From contig CBFFRP010000645.1 of NCBI GenBank assembly GCA_965644295.1, positions 131,326 through 195,325 on the forward strand: a stretch of DNA of 64,000 bases, given 5' to 3'. Position 1 is the first letter of the stretch. The number at the start of each line of letters is the position of its first letter. This DNA is from Paraphysomonas bandaiensis (taxonomy: Eukaryota > Protista > Chrysophyceae). The position numbers and the translations under genes are program-made. This document shows positions 39,801 to 51,900 of this stretch, one piece after another. The notes below the pieces were generated by a model. The model was not told the DNA's origin, searched no databases, and saw only the letters and a list, made by a program, of their open reading frames with translations.

Positions 39801-40775
39801 GAGACGGGGTACTCACCCTTTGAGCTCACTTTTGGCTCTAATGATCTGGAATATTTAACTATGAATATACAGACTTTGCCTGAGCGTGCACACGCCAGAC
39901 TGACTGCTCTTAATGAACAGTTAGAAGGCCTACGGGCGGCTTCCAAAACTTACCAGCAGCAGTTAGCGAGTGAACGTGCTGGGGAGGGAGTTCACCCGGA
40001 CAAGCAGAACCGATATCAACCGGGCGACTTCATTTTATTTGACAAAGGCGCCAAGGTTCATCCCAAGATGTCACATCGATACATGGGACCTTTTGTTGTT
40101 AAGACCCAGTACAAAAATGACATTGATTGTCAGCACCTTGCTACAGGGCAAGTGGTACGTGTTTCAGTGACAGACGTCAAACTGTTTCCAGGTGATAGAG
40201 AAACTGCGTACAGCATGGCTCTACGAGACCAGGATCAGCATGTCATTGACAAGATTCTCTACTATCGGGGTGACAGAGAGTCACGCTCCACTTTGACTTT
40301 TACTGTGAGATTTCAGGATGGTGATGTCAGAGAAGTGCCTTATAGCAAGGACCTTTTTGACTCAGTGCCTTACGCGGACTTTTGTTCCAGCAAACGGTAC
40401 CTCTACCACCTGATTTATCCAGCGGAGGGTGCCAAGAAATATATCTCGGACATCCGACGCCAGTCTATCACTCAGTTCAAACCCGGTGACCATGCATATG
40501 TTGACCTACGCATTTATGGCGACGTATGGTACGACGGACTGCAGTTACCAGACTCCCACTTACTGACCTATGTAGCTCCGATCCAGTTCACACACTGGTA
40601 TCATCGAAGCTCTAGGAGAGTATTATCCGTCAAGGATCTTCTCACTCTCCGCACTTACCGTTATGACAACTACCTCGTGCATTGTTTCGTTCACCCTGAA
40701 CTAGACACTAGCACTATGGTACTCGTCGACAAGGACTTGGCTACACGCTACCCTCAAGTCCTTGAGTCCGCTTAG
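36810..40775 (+). CDS. pol: Pol polyprotein: protease, RT, RNase H, integrase, chromodomain-like module, C-terminal extension
   Basis: LCDTGA; SPWAS, RFCGDY, DLTNAFHQ, MPEG, IFDN; TDAS...EQEA...TDH...ADWLSR; H-H-C-C; IDAV/SDQG/CER; YQPGD...YMGPF; VIDKILYYRG...FTVRF. Confidence 0.96.
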   Translation: MIEDLEEHVISVCDGNDDCDYLPEAKTLNTTSSKVHFKDGAKLYASYPSAKKFSSAHTVGRVIIDKKFGVEELVKVLCDTGALSANYVARDLVDRLRTKLEPSRFYKVKHRVVLADSRTVKDLDEGVRLNLVFTDPKSHTYQYTGEFIVIDMSSNDIILGLPALTGKLYPFMCAVMEQAHENHLEDSAQGNHNLSALQNEDMESREEHRRPWSKANDAIAPEDNETELPVQFKDALTFLGKSREEALNDYYEQIETHVSQEMKQETNIMDLLSSKAEKVFVPDEWTGVRGVDPLTLKWKETLPERMKPRARPINPKLWEASEKEFRRLCGYFYQKSRSPWASCLVVAPKATPPYIRFCGDYVNINKHMQVGNYTIPNVKHELDKIINFPLYMDIDLTNAFHQIPLAEETSERLSIQTPWGQYAPKFMPEGIAPATGILQEVVREIFEDFSDWAIVIFDNMLILANDPQDAYQKFEKVIDRCIERNLKLKMPKSWLGFRKVDFFGYVCRHKSYEVNPEKKEALGKIPMPTNTKQARSLLGKGVFFSSFTPRYSDLVAHLTDLTKSKFNWDKTTWRHDYEAEYRRFIKGLQDSCELFYPDYNLEWTLRTDASELGIGSVLLQKKILADGTEQLQPIAFLSKKFSAQAQKWATIEQEAYGIYYSVKHLAYYLIGKQFTIETDHNNLLWMESSEVPKITRWRIFLQSFNFSIKHISGAKNWLADWLSREHQVAALSGIFLDEDYADAYFLGEDCTEDEFFNFLGNFMNPEDREVSPHAQSSVTPEDALQQVHNARVGHLGGRATWIRLNKQFPGHGIPYKVVEDFIAKCPNCVKTRLAMKEALIPIVRNLKPPSARSAIGIDAVEITPHGADGYTHINVVVNLFTKLVYLEPVKGVTALNLANTVWKYWSYYGHTDLIISDQGPDLTSDLFKQLTEYMGVRHTFSIANRHANGCERIIGEVVRHLRALVYENSKRVERKDVFEDPSWIPSAQYILNSEVSSETGYSPFELTFGSNDLEYLTMNIQTLPERAHARLTALNEQLEGLRAASKTYQQQLASERAGEGVHPDKQNRYQPGDFILFDKGAKVHPKMSHRYMGPFVVKTQYKNDIDCQHLATGQVVRVSVTDVKLFPGDRETAYSMALRDQDQHVIDKILYYRGDRESRSTLTFTVRFQDGDVREVPYSKDLFDSVPYADFCSSKRYLYHLIYPAEGAKKYISDIRRQSITQFKPGDHAYVDLRIYGDVWYDGLQLPDSHLLTYVAPIQFTHWYHRSSRRVLSVKDLLTLRTYRYDNYLVHCFVHPELDTSTMVLVDKDLATRYPQVLESA

Positions 40776-40924
40776 AGCACGGGACCAATCAACTTACACG
40801 TGACCTTCCAACTCCAACGCTCCTCTGCTGCACCTTCGTTTTGATGGCTAATTTTTAGTTCCGTTGAAATTTGTGGGCCGCAGAGTGACGCCCGTCTTCA
40901 TCATTTCGCATAATACTTATATCA

Positions 40925-40957
40925 AACAAAAAAAAAAAAAAAAGGGAGGCGGGGCAA
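40925..40957 (+). other. Polypurine tract of the Gypsy element
   Basis: A-run + gggaggcggggcaa immediately before the 3' LTR TGT. Confidence 0.85.
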
Positions 40958-42016
40958 TGTGACCACGTGGCATTTCACATGCCTCAGTCACGTGTCTATA
41001 GTAAGTGCAAAACTACTAACTACGGGATGAAGACAGAGACGATAGAAGTATCAGAAACATATCATTATTACGCTACAGATTACTGAAGAACTAGCACTAG
41101 GACTGGAGGTACAATTTCCCATAATCTGCCAACAGCTCTTCGCCGGCCGCAACTGCCCGAGTGGTCTGCACCCAGACCACGTCCAAGCCGGACTCATCTA
41201 CTACAAATTCGCAGTTGAAGCGCCAGCCAGCAGCATGGTCAGAAGGATACACCGTGTTTATATACCTACCATGATTATGAGGCACCCGGGCCAAATAAGC
41301 TTGGGACCCCAGCGGCCAAAGGTAACCCATGTCCCGAGTGTCCCGCTCCGCATCTATATAGAAGTCCTTAGCCATCTCAAGTATATATGCTCCCCAGCTG
41401 GGACGGGAGGTATACACTTCACCGCTGTAGAGGCAGAAACGCAGTCCTAGCTCTAAATCCTGTAAGGAGAATAAACCTTGCTGTTCAGGCTTATCGCCCT
41501 GAGGGTTGGTGGATCTGTAGTGGCAGACATTGTTTATGCAGCAATGGATATGATGTATGTATCTGATGTGGACATTGGTTCTTAGTCTGAGATAGTAGAT
41601 GTAGGAAAAGCATCATACGGTATGCTGCACACTCACATACATGTTGGTCCATTGTAATACAGTAGCAGTACTCTGAATACGCAGTATTCAACGGCTAATT
41701 TACAAACTGGCGAGTGTGGTGTGTGGTGTCATCGCGAGTGTGGTGTGTTGTGCTTGTTCTATGTTGCATTGCTTTACAGCTCAGTGTTTTGTTAAGTGTT
41801 GTTCTGTTTGTACACTAGTGTTCTGACTTCACTGGAGGTGGGGTTTGCGCGGTGATTCTTGGAGGGAGTCACTAGTACAAGCTTGCAACGCTTGACATAC
41901 TGTTTAGAGTAATAATCATCCTGTTCTCCTGCAATCAGACGTACATATAGCTCTGGTTAACTCATTGTGTTTGTTTCTGCTGCACAGCCTTGGTTATCAA
42001 ACCTGGCTGTGTCATA
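40958..42016 (+). repeat. 3' LTR (1059 bp)
   Basis: Copy of 33406-34464. Confidence 0.95.
41097..41612 (-). CDS. Second copy of the SET-domain reading frame, in the 3' LTR
   Basis: Same translation as the 5' LTR copy. Confidence 0.82.
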   Translation of the reverse strand, partial: CFSYIYYLRLRTNVHIRYIHHIHCCINNVCHYRSTNPQGDKPEQQGLFSLQDLELGLRFCLYSGEVYTSRPSWGAYILEMAKDFYIDAERDTRDMGYLWPLGSQAYLARVPHNHGRYINTVYPSDHAAGWRFNCEFVVDESGLDVVWVQTTRAVAAGEELLADYGKLYLQS

Positions 42017-42749
42017 GGCTCACGATGTGTCTGAGGCACTGTTGACTCTTCCGCTGACATCCACACTGAGTCTGCCTCCTGCAATAGGTCACTCACATCA
42101 CCCTCATCACTCAAATGATGGATTTGTCCTAACACTGACACATTCGTTACTGTCCTTGGAGTTCTTGCACGTTTGTCAGTAGCTCTGGCCCTAACCACCC
42201 TCTGCGCAAGATCCTCTGTCATCTTCTTGATGTCAGCAATGTGATTAGGAGTTTTATCCTCCACTTGAAACTGGTTACCAGTAACCACAACGACCAGTAT
42301 CCCACAATAAGCCCCTTTCTTATCAGCACTCTGTTGGTCTTGTATAGCAGACCACCGTCCTCATGCTTTCCGATAAGATACTCAAACTCACCCGGTTGGT
42401 GAGCCTTGGGGTATATAGCCACTTGAGCCTCCTCCAGCTCTCTATAATAATCTTTTGACCTCTCAGGTACCGATTCATCAAACAATACATGTACAGAGTG
42501 TACTACGGTGTCCCCCACTAGCACCTTGTATCCTTTTCGATCAGCTGGATACCCTATGAAGTAACCTGTAATTGCTTTGTCCTCCCAGTCCTTTCTCCTG
42601 TCGGCCTTGGGTGTTAGCACGTATGCTTTACACTCCCATTTCCGTAGCCACAATAGGCTAGGAACGCTCCCCCCTGGGACACACTCATATGGAGACATCC
42701 ATTCTTGCCACGTCCGAGTTGGCATTCGTCGCACAATATGACTGTGTAC
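42017..42749 (-). mobile_element. Upstream part of the interrupted Copia element (integrase C-terminus and linker), 5'-truncated
   Basis: RMPTR...SPYE...PSLLWLRKWECKAYV...GYFIGYP...KGYKV...SVHVLFDES; joins the RT side as PQTHREP|LESAEHREW. Confidence 0.85.
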
Positions 42750-42933
42750 ACCCATGGACAAAGGCAAGTGATGTCATTGCACCAGAGGATGTTATGTCTC
42801 CATCTGCTCATGGTAATCTCGGAGAGCTTCCTCACGAGACTTCCCTAAGAATGCTAAAGCATCCCTAAACTGAGCTGGCAGTTCAGCTCCTCATCCACCG
42901 GTATAATAACATCACTTGCTTTTGTCCATGGGT
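42750..42933. mobile_element. Two oppositely oriented pol fragments from a relative of the Gypsy element
   Basis: + strand PWTKASDVIAPED; - strand PWTKASDVIIPVDEE/ELPAQFRDALAFLGKSREEALRDYHEQMET; compare Pol PWSKANDAIAPEDNETELPVQFKDALTFLGKSREEALNDYYEQIET. Confidence 0.85.
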
Positions 42934-42942
42934 TATATTGTG

Positions 42943-45900
42943 CAACCATCACGACAAGTGCTGACAGTACGGGTTATCCCATTCATGGCCTATCTCTCGC
43001 AATATGCCCACGACCATACCTATGAAACAATACATACCATTATAAACACATGCACGCAAACATATATAACCCAAACCACAAAATAATAATACATACATGG
43101 CACACAACTATAGCATCAGACTAGGGTTATTTAAGACTATCATCATATTCGAAAATCGATTGAAACGTCCTTGAATAAGTATCATGTGCTACGATGATTG
43201 GTATGCCATGCCCACAACTACACCACATTACATAGACACAACATATATCCATACAGGTACACATACCGGATGACCACACAATCAATGTGCGGTAGCTCAT
43301 AATCAACCATCACGACAAGTGCTGACAGTACGGGTTATCCCATTCATGGCCTATCTCTCGCAATATGCCCACGACCATACCTATGAAACAATACATACCA
43401 TTATAAACACATGCACGCAAACATATATAACCCAAACCACAAAATAATAATACATACATGGCACACAACTATAGCATCAGACTAGGGTTATTTAAGACTA
43501 TCATCATATTCGAAAATCGATTGAAACGTCCTTGAATAAGTATCATGTGCTACGATGATTGGTATGCCATGCCCACAACTACACCACATTACATAGACAC
43601 AACAGATATCCATACAGGTACACATACCGGATGACCACACAATCAATGTGCGGTAGCTCATAATCAACCATCACGACAAGTGCTGACAGTACGGGTTATC
43701 CCATTCATGGCCTATCTCTCGCAATATGCCCACGACCATACCTATGAAACAATACATACCATTATAAACACATGCACGCAAACATATATAACCCAAACCA
43801 CAAAATAATAATACATACATGGCACACAACTATAGCATCAGACTAGGGTTATTTAAGACTATCATCATATTCGAAAATCGATTGAAACGTCCTTGAATAA
43901 GTATCATGTGCTACGATGATTGGTATGCCATGCCCACAACTACACCACATTACATAGACACAACAGATATCCATACAGGTACACATACCGGATGACCACA
44001 CAATCAATGTGCGGTAGCTCATAATCAACCATCACGACAAGTGCTGACAGTACGGGTTATCCCATTCATGGCCTATCTCTCGCAATATGCCCACGACCAT
44101 ACCTATGAAACAATACATACCATTATAAACACATGCACGCAAACATATATAACCCAAACCACAAAATAATAATACATACATGGCACACAACTATAGCATC
44201 AGACTAGGGTTATTTAAGACTATCATCATATTCGAAAATCGATTGAAACGTCCTTGAATAAGTATCATGTGCTACGATGATTGGTATGCCATGCCCACAA
44301 CTACACCACATTACATAGACACAACATATATCCATACAGGTACACATACCGGATGACCACACAATCAATGTGCGGTAGCTCATAATCAACCATCACGACA
44401 AGTGCTGACAGTACGGGTTATCCCATTCATGGCCTATCTCTCGCAATATGCCCACGACCATACCTATGAAATAACACATACCATTATAAACACATGCACG
44501 CAAACATATAAAACCCAAACCACAAAATAATAATACATACATGGCACACAACTATAGCATCAGACTAGGGTTATTTAAGACTATCATCATATTCGAAAAT
44601 CGATTGAAACGTCCTTGAATAAGTATCATGTGCTACGATAATTGGTATGCCATGCCCACAACTACACCACATTACATAGACACAACATATATCCATACAG
44701 GTACACATACCGGATGACCACACAATCAATGTGCGGTAGCTCATAATCAACCATCACGACAAGTGCTGACAGTACGGGTTATCCCATTCATGGCCTATCT
44801 CTCGCAATATGCCCACGACCATACCTATGAAACAATACATACCATTATAAACACATGCACGCAAACATATATAACCCAAACCACAAAATAATAATACATA
44901 CATGGCACACAACTATAGCATCAGACTAGGGTTATTTAAGACTATCATCATATTCGAAAATCGATTGAAACGTCCTTGAATAAGTATCATGTGCTACGAT
45001 GATTGGTATGCCATGCCCACAACTACACCACATTACATAGACACAACATATATCCATACAGGTACACATACCGGATGACCACACAATCAATGTGCGGTAG
45101 CTCATAATCAACCATCACGACAAGTGCTGACAGTACGGGTTATCCCATTCATGGCCTATCTCTCGCAATATGCCCACGACCATACCTATGAAACAATACA
45201 TACCATTATAAACACATGCACGCAAACATATAAAACCCAAACCACAAAATAATAATACATACATGGCACACAACTATAGCATCAGACTAGGGTTATTTAA
45301 GACTATCATCATATTCGAAAATCGATTGAAACGTCCTTGAATAAGTATCATGTGCTACGATGATTGGTATGCCATGCCCACAACTACACCACATTACATA
45401 GACACAACATATATCCATACAGGTACACATACCGGATGACCACACAATCAATGTGCGGTAGCTCATAATCAACCATCACGACAAGTGCTGACAGTACGGG
45501 TTATCCCATTCATGGCCTATCTCTCGCAATATGCCCACGACCATACCTATGAAACAATACATACCATTATAAACACATGCACGCAAACATATAAAACCCA
45601 AACCACAAAATAATAATACATACATGGCACACAACTATAGCATCAGACTAGGGTTATTTAAGACTATCATCATATTCGAAAATCGATTGAAACGTCCTTG
45701 AATAAGTATCATGTGCTACGATGATTGGTATGCCATGCCCACAACTACACCACATTACATAGACACAACATATATCCATACAGGTACACATACCGGATGA
45801 CCACACAATCAATGTGCGGTAACTCATAATCAACCATCACGACAAGTGCTGACAGTACGGGTTATCCCATTCATGGCCTATCTCTCGCAATATGCCCACG

Positions 45901-48900
45901 ACCATACCTATGAAACAATACATACCATTATAAACACATGCACGCAAACATATATAACCCAAACCACAAAATAATAATACATACATGGCACACAACTATA
46001 GCATCAGACTAGGGTTATTTAAGACTATCATCATATTCGAAAATCGATTGAAACGTCCTTGAATAAGTATCATGTGCTACGATGATTGGTATGCCATGCC
46101 CACAACTACACCACATTACATAGACACAACATATATCCATACAGGTACACATACCGGATGACCACACAATCAATGTGCGGTAGCTCATAATCAACCATCA
46201 CGACAAGTGCTGACAGTACGGGTTATCCCATTCATGGCCTATCTCTCGCAATATGCCCACGACCATACCTATGAAACAATACATACCATTATAAACACAT
46301 GCACGCAAACATATAAAACCCAAACCACAAAATAATAATACATACATGGCACACAACTATAGCATCAGACTAGGGTTATTTAAGACTATCATCATATTCG
46401 AAAATCGATTGAAACGTCCTTGAATAAGTATCATGTGCTACGATGATTGGTATGCCATGCCCACAACTACACCACATTACATAGACACAACATATATCCA
46501 TACAGGTACACATACCGGATGACCACACAATCAATGTGCGGTAGCTCATAATCAACCATCACGACAAGTGCTGACAGTACGGGTTATCCCATTCATGGCC
46601 TATCTCTCGCAATATGCCCACGACCATACCTATGAAACAATACATACCATTATAAACACATGCACGCAAACATATAAAACCCAAACCACAAAATAATAAT
46701 ACATACATGGCACACAACTATAGCATCAGACTAGGGTTATTTAAGACTATCATCATATTCGAAAATCGATTGAAACGTCCTTGAATAAGTATCATGTGCT
46801 ACGATGATTGGTATGCCATGCCCACAACTACACCACATTACATAGACACAACATATATCCATACAGGTACACATACCGGATGACCACACAATCAATGTGC
46901 GGTAGCTCATAATCAACCATCACGACAAGTGCTGACAGTACGGGTTATCCCATTCATGGCCTATCTCTCGCAATATGCCCACGACCATACCTATGAAACA
47001 ATACATACCATTATAAACACATGCACGCAAACATATAAAACCCAAACCACAAAATAATAATACATACATGGCACACAACTATAGCATCAGACTAGGGTTA
47101 TTTAAGACTATCATCATATTCGAAAATCGATTGAAACGTCCTTGAATAAGTATCATGTGCTACGATGATTGGTATGCCATGCCCACAACTACACCACATT
47201 ACATAGACACAACATATATCCATACAGGTACACATACCGGATGACCACACAATCAATGTGCGGTAGCTCATAATCAACCATCACGACAAGTGCTGACAGT
47301 ACGGGTTATCCCATTCATGGCCTATCTCTCGCAATATGCCCACGACCATACCTATGAAACAATACATACCATTATAAACACATGCACGCAAACATATATA
47401 ACCCAAACCACAAAATAATAATACATACATGGCACACAACTATAGCATCAGACTAGGGTTATTTAAGACTATCATCATATTCGAAAATCGATTGAAACGT
47501 CCTTGAATAAGTATCATGTGCTACGATGATTGGTATGCCATGCCCACAACTACACCACATTACATAGACACAACAGATATCCATACAGGTACACATACCG
47601 GATGACCACACAATCAATGTGCGGTAGCTCATAATCAACCATCACGACAAGTGCTGACAGTACGGGTTATCCCATTCATGGCCTATCTCTCGCAATATGC
47701 CCACGACCATACCTATGAAACAATACATACCATTATAAACACATGCACGCAAACATATATAACCCAAACCACAAAATAATAATACATACATGGCACACAA
47801 CTATAGCATCAGACTAGGGTTATTTAAGACTATCATCATATTCGAAAATCGATTGAAACGTCCTTGAATAAGTATCATGTGCTACGATGATTGGTATGCC
47901 ATGCCCACAACTACACCACATTACATAGACACAACATATATCCATACAGGTACACATACCGGATGACCACACAATCAATGTGCGGTAGCTCATAATCAAC
48001 CATCACGACAAGTGCTGACAGTACGGGTTATCCCATTCATGGCCTATCTCTCGCAATATGCCCACGACCATACCTATGAAACAATACATACCATTATAAA
48101 CACATGCACGCAAACATATATAACCCAAACCACAAAATAATAATACATACATGGCACACAACTATAGCATCAGACTAGGGTTATTTAAGACTATCATCAT
48201 ATTCGAAAATCGATTGAAACGTCCTTGAATAAGTATCATGTGCTACGATGATTGGTATGCCATGCCCACAACTACACCACATTACATAGACACAACATAT
48301 ATCCATACAGGTACACATACCGGATGACCACACAATCAATGTGCGGTAGCTCATAATCAACCATCACGACAAGTGCTGACAGTACGGGTTATCCCATTCA
48401 TGGCCTATCTCTCGCAATATGCCCACGACCATACCTATGAAACAATACATACCATTATAAACACATGCACGCAAACATATATAACCCAAACCACAAAATA
48501 ATAATACATACATGGCACACAACTATAGCATCAGACTAGGGTTATTTAAGACTATCATCATATTCGAAAATCGATTGAAACGTCCTTGAATAAGTATCAT
48601 GTGCTACGATGATTGGTATGCCATGCCCACAACTACACCACATTACATAGACACAACAGATATCCATACAGGTACACATACCGGATGACCACACAATCAA
48701 TGTGCGGTAGCTCATAATCAACCATCACGACAAGTGCTGACAGTACGGGTTATCCCATTCATGGCCTATCTCTCGCAATATGCCCACGACCATACCTATG
48801 AAACAATACATACCATTATAAACACATGCACGCAAACATATATAACCCAAACCACAAAATAATAATACATACATGGCACACAACTATAGCATCAGACTAG

Positions 48901-51900
48901 GGTTATTTAAGACTATCATCATATTCGAAAATCGATTGAAACGTCCTTGAATAAGTATCATGTGCTACGATGATTGGTATGCCATGCCCACAACTACACC
49001 ACATTACATAGACACAACATATATCCATACAGGTACACATACCGGATGACCACACAATCAATGTGCGGTAGCTCATAATCAACCATCACGACAAGTGCTG
49101 ACAGTACGGGTTATCCCATTCATGGCCTATCTCTCGCAATATGCCCACGACCATACCTATGAAACAATACATACCATTATAAACACATGCACGCAAACAT
49201 ATATAACCCAAACCACAAAATAATAATACATACATGGCACACAACTATAGCATCAGACTAGGGTTATTTAAGACTATCATCATATTCGAAAATCGATTGA
49301 AACGTCCTTGAATAAGTATCATGTGCTACGATGATTGGTATGCCATGCCCACAACTACACCACATTACATAGACACAACATATATCCATACAGGTACACA
49401 TACCGGATGACCACACAATCAATGTGCGGTAGCTCATAATCAACCATCACGACAAGTGCTGACAGTACGGGTTATCCCATTCATGGCCTATCTCTCGCAA
49501 TATGCCCACGACCATACCTATGAAACAATACATACCATTATAAACACATGCACGCAAACATATATAACCCAAACCACAAAATAATAATACATACATGGCA
49601 CACAACTATAGCATCAGACTAGGGTTATTTAAGACTATCATCATATTCGAAAATCGATTGAAACGTCCTTGAATAAGTATCATGTGCTACGATGATTGGT
49701 ATGCCATGCCCACAACTACACCACATTACATAGACACAACATATATCCATACAGGTACACATACCGGATGACCACACAATCAATGTGCGGTAGCTCATAA
49801 TCAACCATCACGACAAGTGCTGACAGTACGGGTTATCCCATTCATGGCCTATCTCTCGCAATATGCCCACGACCATACCTATGAAACAATACATACCATT
49901 ATAAACACATGCACGCAAACATATATAACCCAAACCACAAAATAATAATACATACATGGCACACAACTATAGCATCAGACTAGGGTTATTTAAGACTATC
50001 ATCATATTCGAAAATCGATTGAAACGTCCTTGAATAAGTATCATGTGCTACGATGATTGGTATGCCATGCCCACAACTACACCACATTACATAGACACAA
50101 CATATATCCATACAGGTACACATACCGGATGACCACACAATCAATGTGCGGTAGCTCATAATCAACCATCACGACAAGTGCTGACAGTACGGGTTATCCC
50201 ATTCATGGCCTATCTCTCGCAATATGCCCACGACCATACCTATGAAACAATACATACCATTATAAACACATGCACGCAAACATATATAACCCAAACCACA
50301 AAATAATAATACATACATGGCACACAACTATAGCATCAGACTAGGGTTATTTAAGACTATCATCATATTCGAAAATCGATTGAAACGTCCTTGAATAAGT
50401 ATCATGTGCTACGATGATTGGTATGCCATGCCCACAACTACACCACATTACATAGACACAACATATATCCATACAGGTACACATACCGGATGACCACACA
50501 ATCAATGTGCGGTAGCTCATAATCAACCATCACGACAAGTGCTGACAGTACGGGTTATCCCATTCATGGCCTATCTCTCGCAATATGCCCACGACCATAC
50601 CTATGAAACAATACATACCATTATAAACACATGCACGCAAACATATATAACCCAAACCACAAAATAATAATACATACATGGCACACAACTATAGCATCAG
50701 ACTAGGGTTATTTAAGACTATCATCATATTCGAAAATCGATTGAAACGTCCTTGAATAAGTATCATGTGCTACGATGATTGGTATGCCATGCCCACAACT
50801 ACACCACATTACATAGACACAACATATATCCATACAGGTACACATACCGGATGACCACACAATCAATGTGCGGTAGCTCATAATCAACCATCACGACAAG
50901 TGCTGACAGTACGGGTTATCCCATTCATGGCCTATCTCTCGCAATATGCCCACGACCATACCTATGAAACAATACATACCATTATAAACACATGCACGCA
51001 AACATATATAACCCAAACCACAAAATAATAATACATACATGGCACACAACTATAGCATCAGACTAGGGTTATTTAAGACTATCATCATATTCGAAAATCG
51101 ATTGAAACGTCCTTGAATAAGTATCATGTGCTACGATGATTGGTATGCCATGCCCACAACTACACCACATTACATAGACACAACATATATCCATACAGGT
51201 ACACATACCGGATGACCACACAATCAATGTGCGGTAGCTCATAATCAACCATCACGACAAGTGCTGACAGTACGGGTTATCCCATTCATGGCCTATCTCT
51301 CGCAATATGCCCACGACCATACCTATGAAACAATACATACCATTATAAACACATGCACGCAAACATATATAACCCAAACCACAAAATAATAATACATACA
51401 TGGCACACAACTATAGCATCAGACTAGGGTTATTTAAGACTATCATCATATTCGAAAATCGATTGAAACGTCCTTGAATAAGTATCATGTGCTACGATGA
51501 TTGGTATGCCATGCCCACAACTACACCACATTACATAGACACAACATATATCCATACAGGTACACATACCGGATGACCACACAATCAATGTGCGGTAGCT
51601 CATAATCAACCATCACGACAAGTGCTGACAGTACGGGTTATCCCATTCATGGCCTATCTCTCGCAATATGCCCACGACCATACCTATGAAACAATACATA
51701 CCATTATAAACACATGCACGCAAACATATATAACCCAAACCACAAAATAATAATACATACATGGCACACAACTATAGCATCAGACTAGGGTTATTTAAGA
51801 CTATCATCATATTCGAAAATCGATTGAAACGTCCTTGAATAAGTATCATGTGCTACGATGATTGGTATGCCATGCCCACAACTACACCACATTACATAGA

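Larger units (their letters stand above)
33406..42016 (+). mobile_element. Full-length young Ty3/Gypsy LTR retrotransposon nested in the Copia element
   Basis: Direct repeats offset by 7552 bp, GGCT TSD (33402-33405 / 42017-42020), gag + PR-RT-RH-IN order, PPT before the 3' LTR. Confidence 0.97.

Noticed and set aside
43006-43035. GCCCACGACCATACC in each 361-bp unit resembles the 5' end of eukaryotic 5S rRNA
   Set aside because: Similarity ends after ~15 nt; no box A/box C, no complementary 3' stem and no T-run terminator, so not called a 5S array (an Infernal RF00001 search would settle it)
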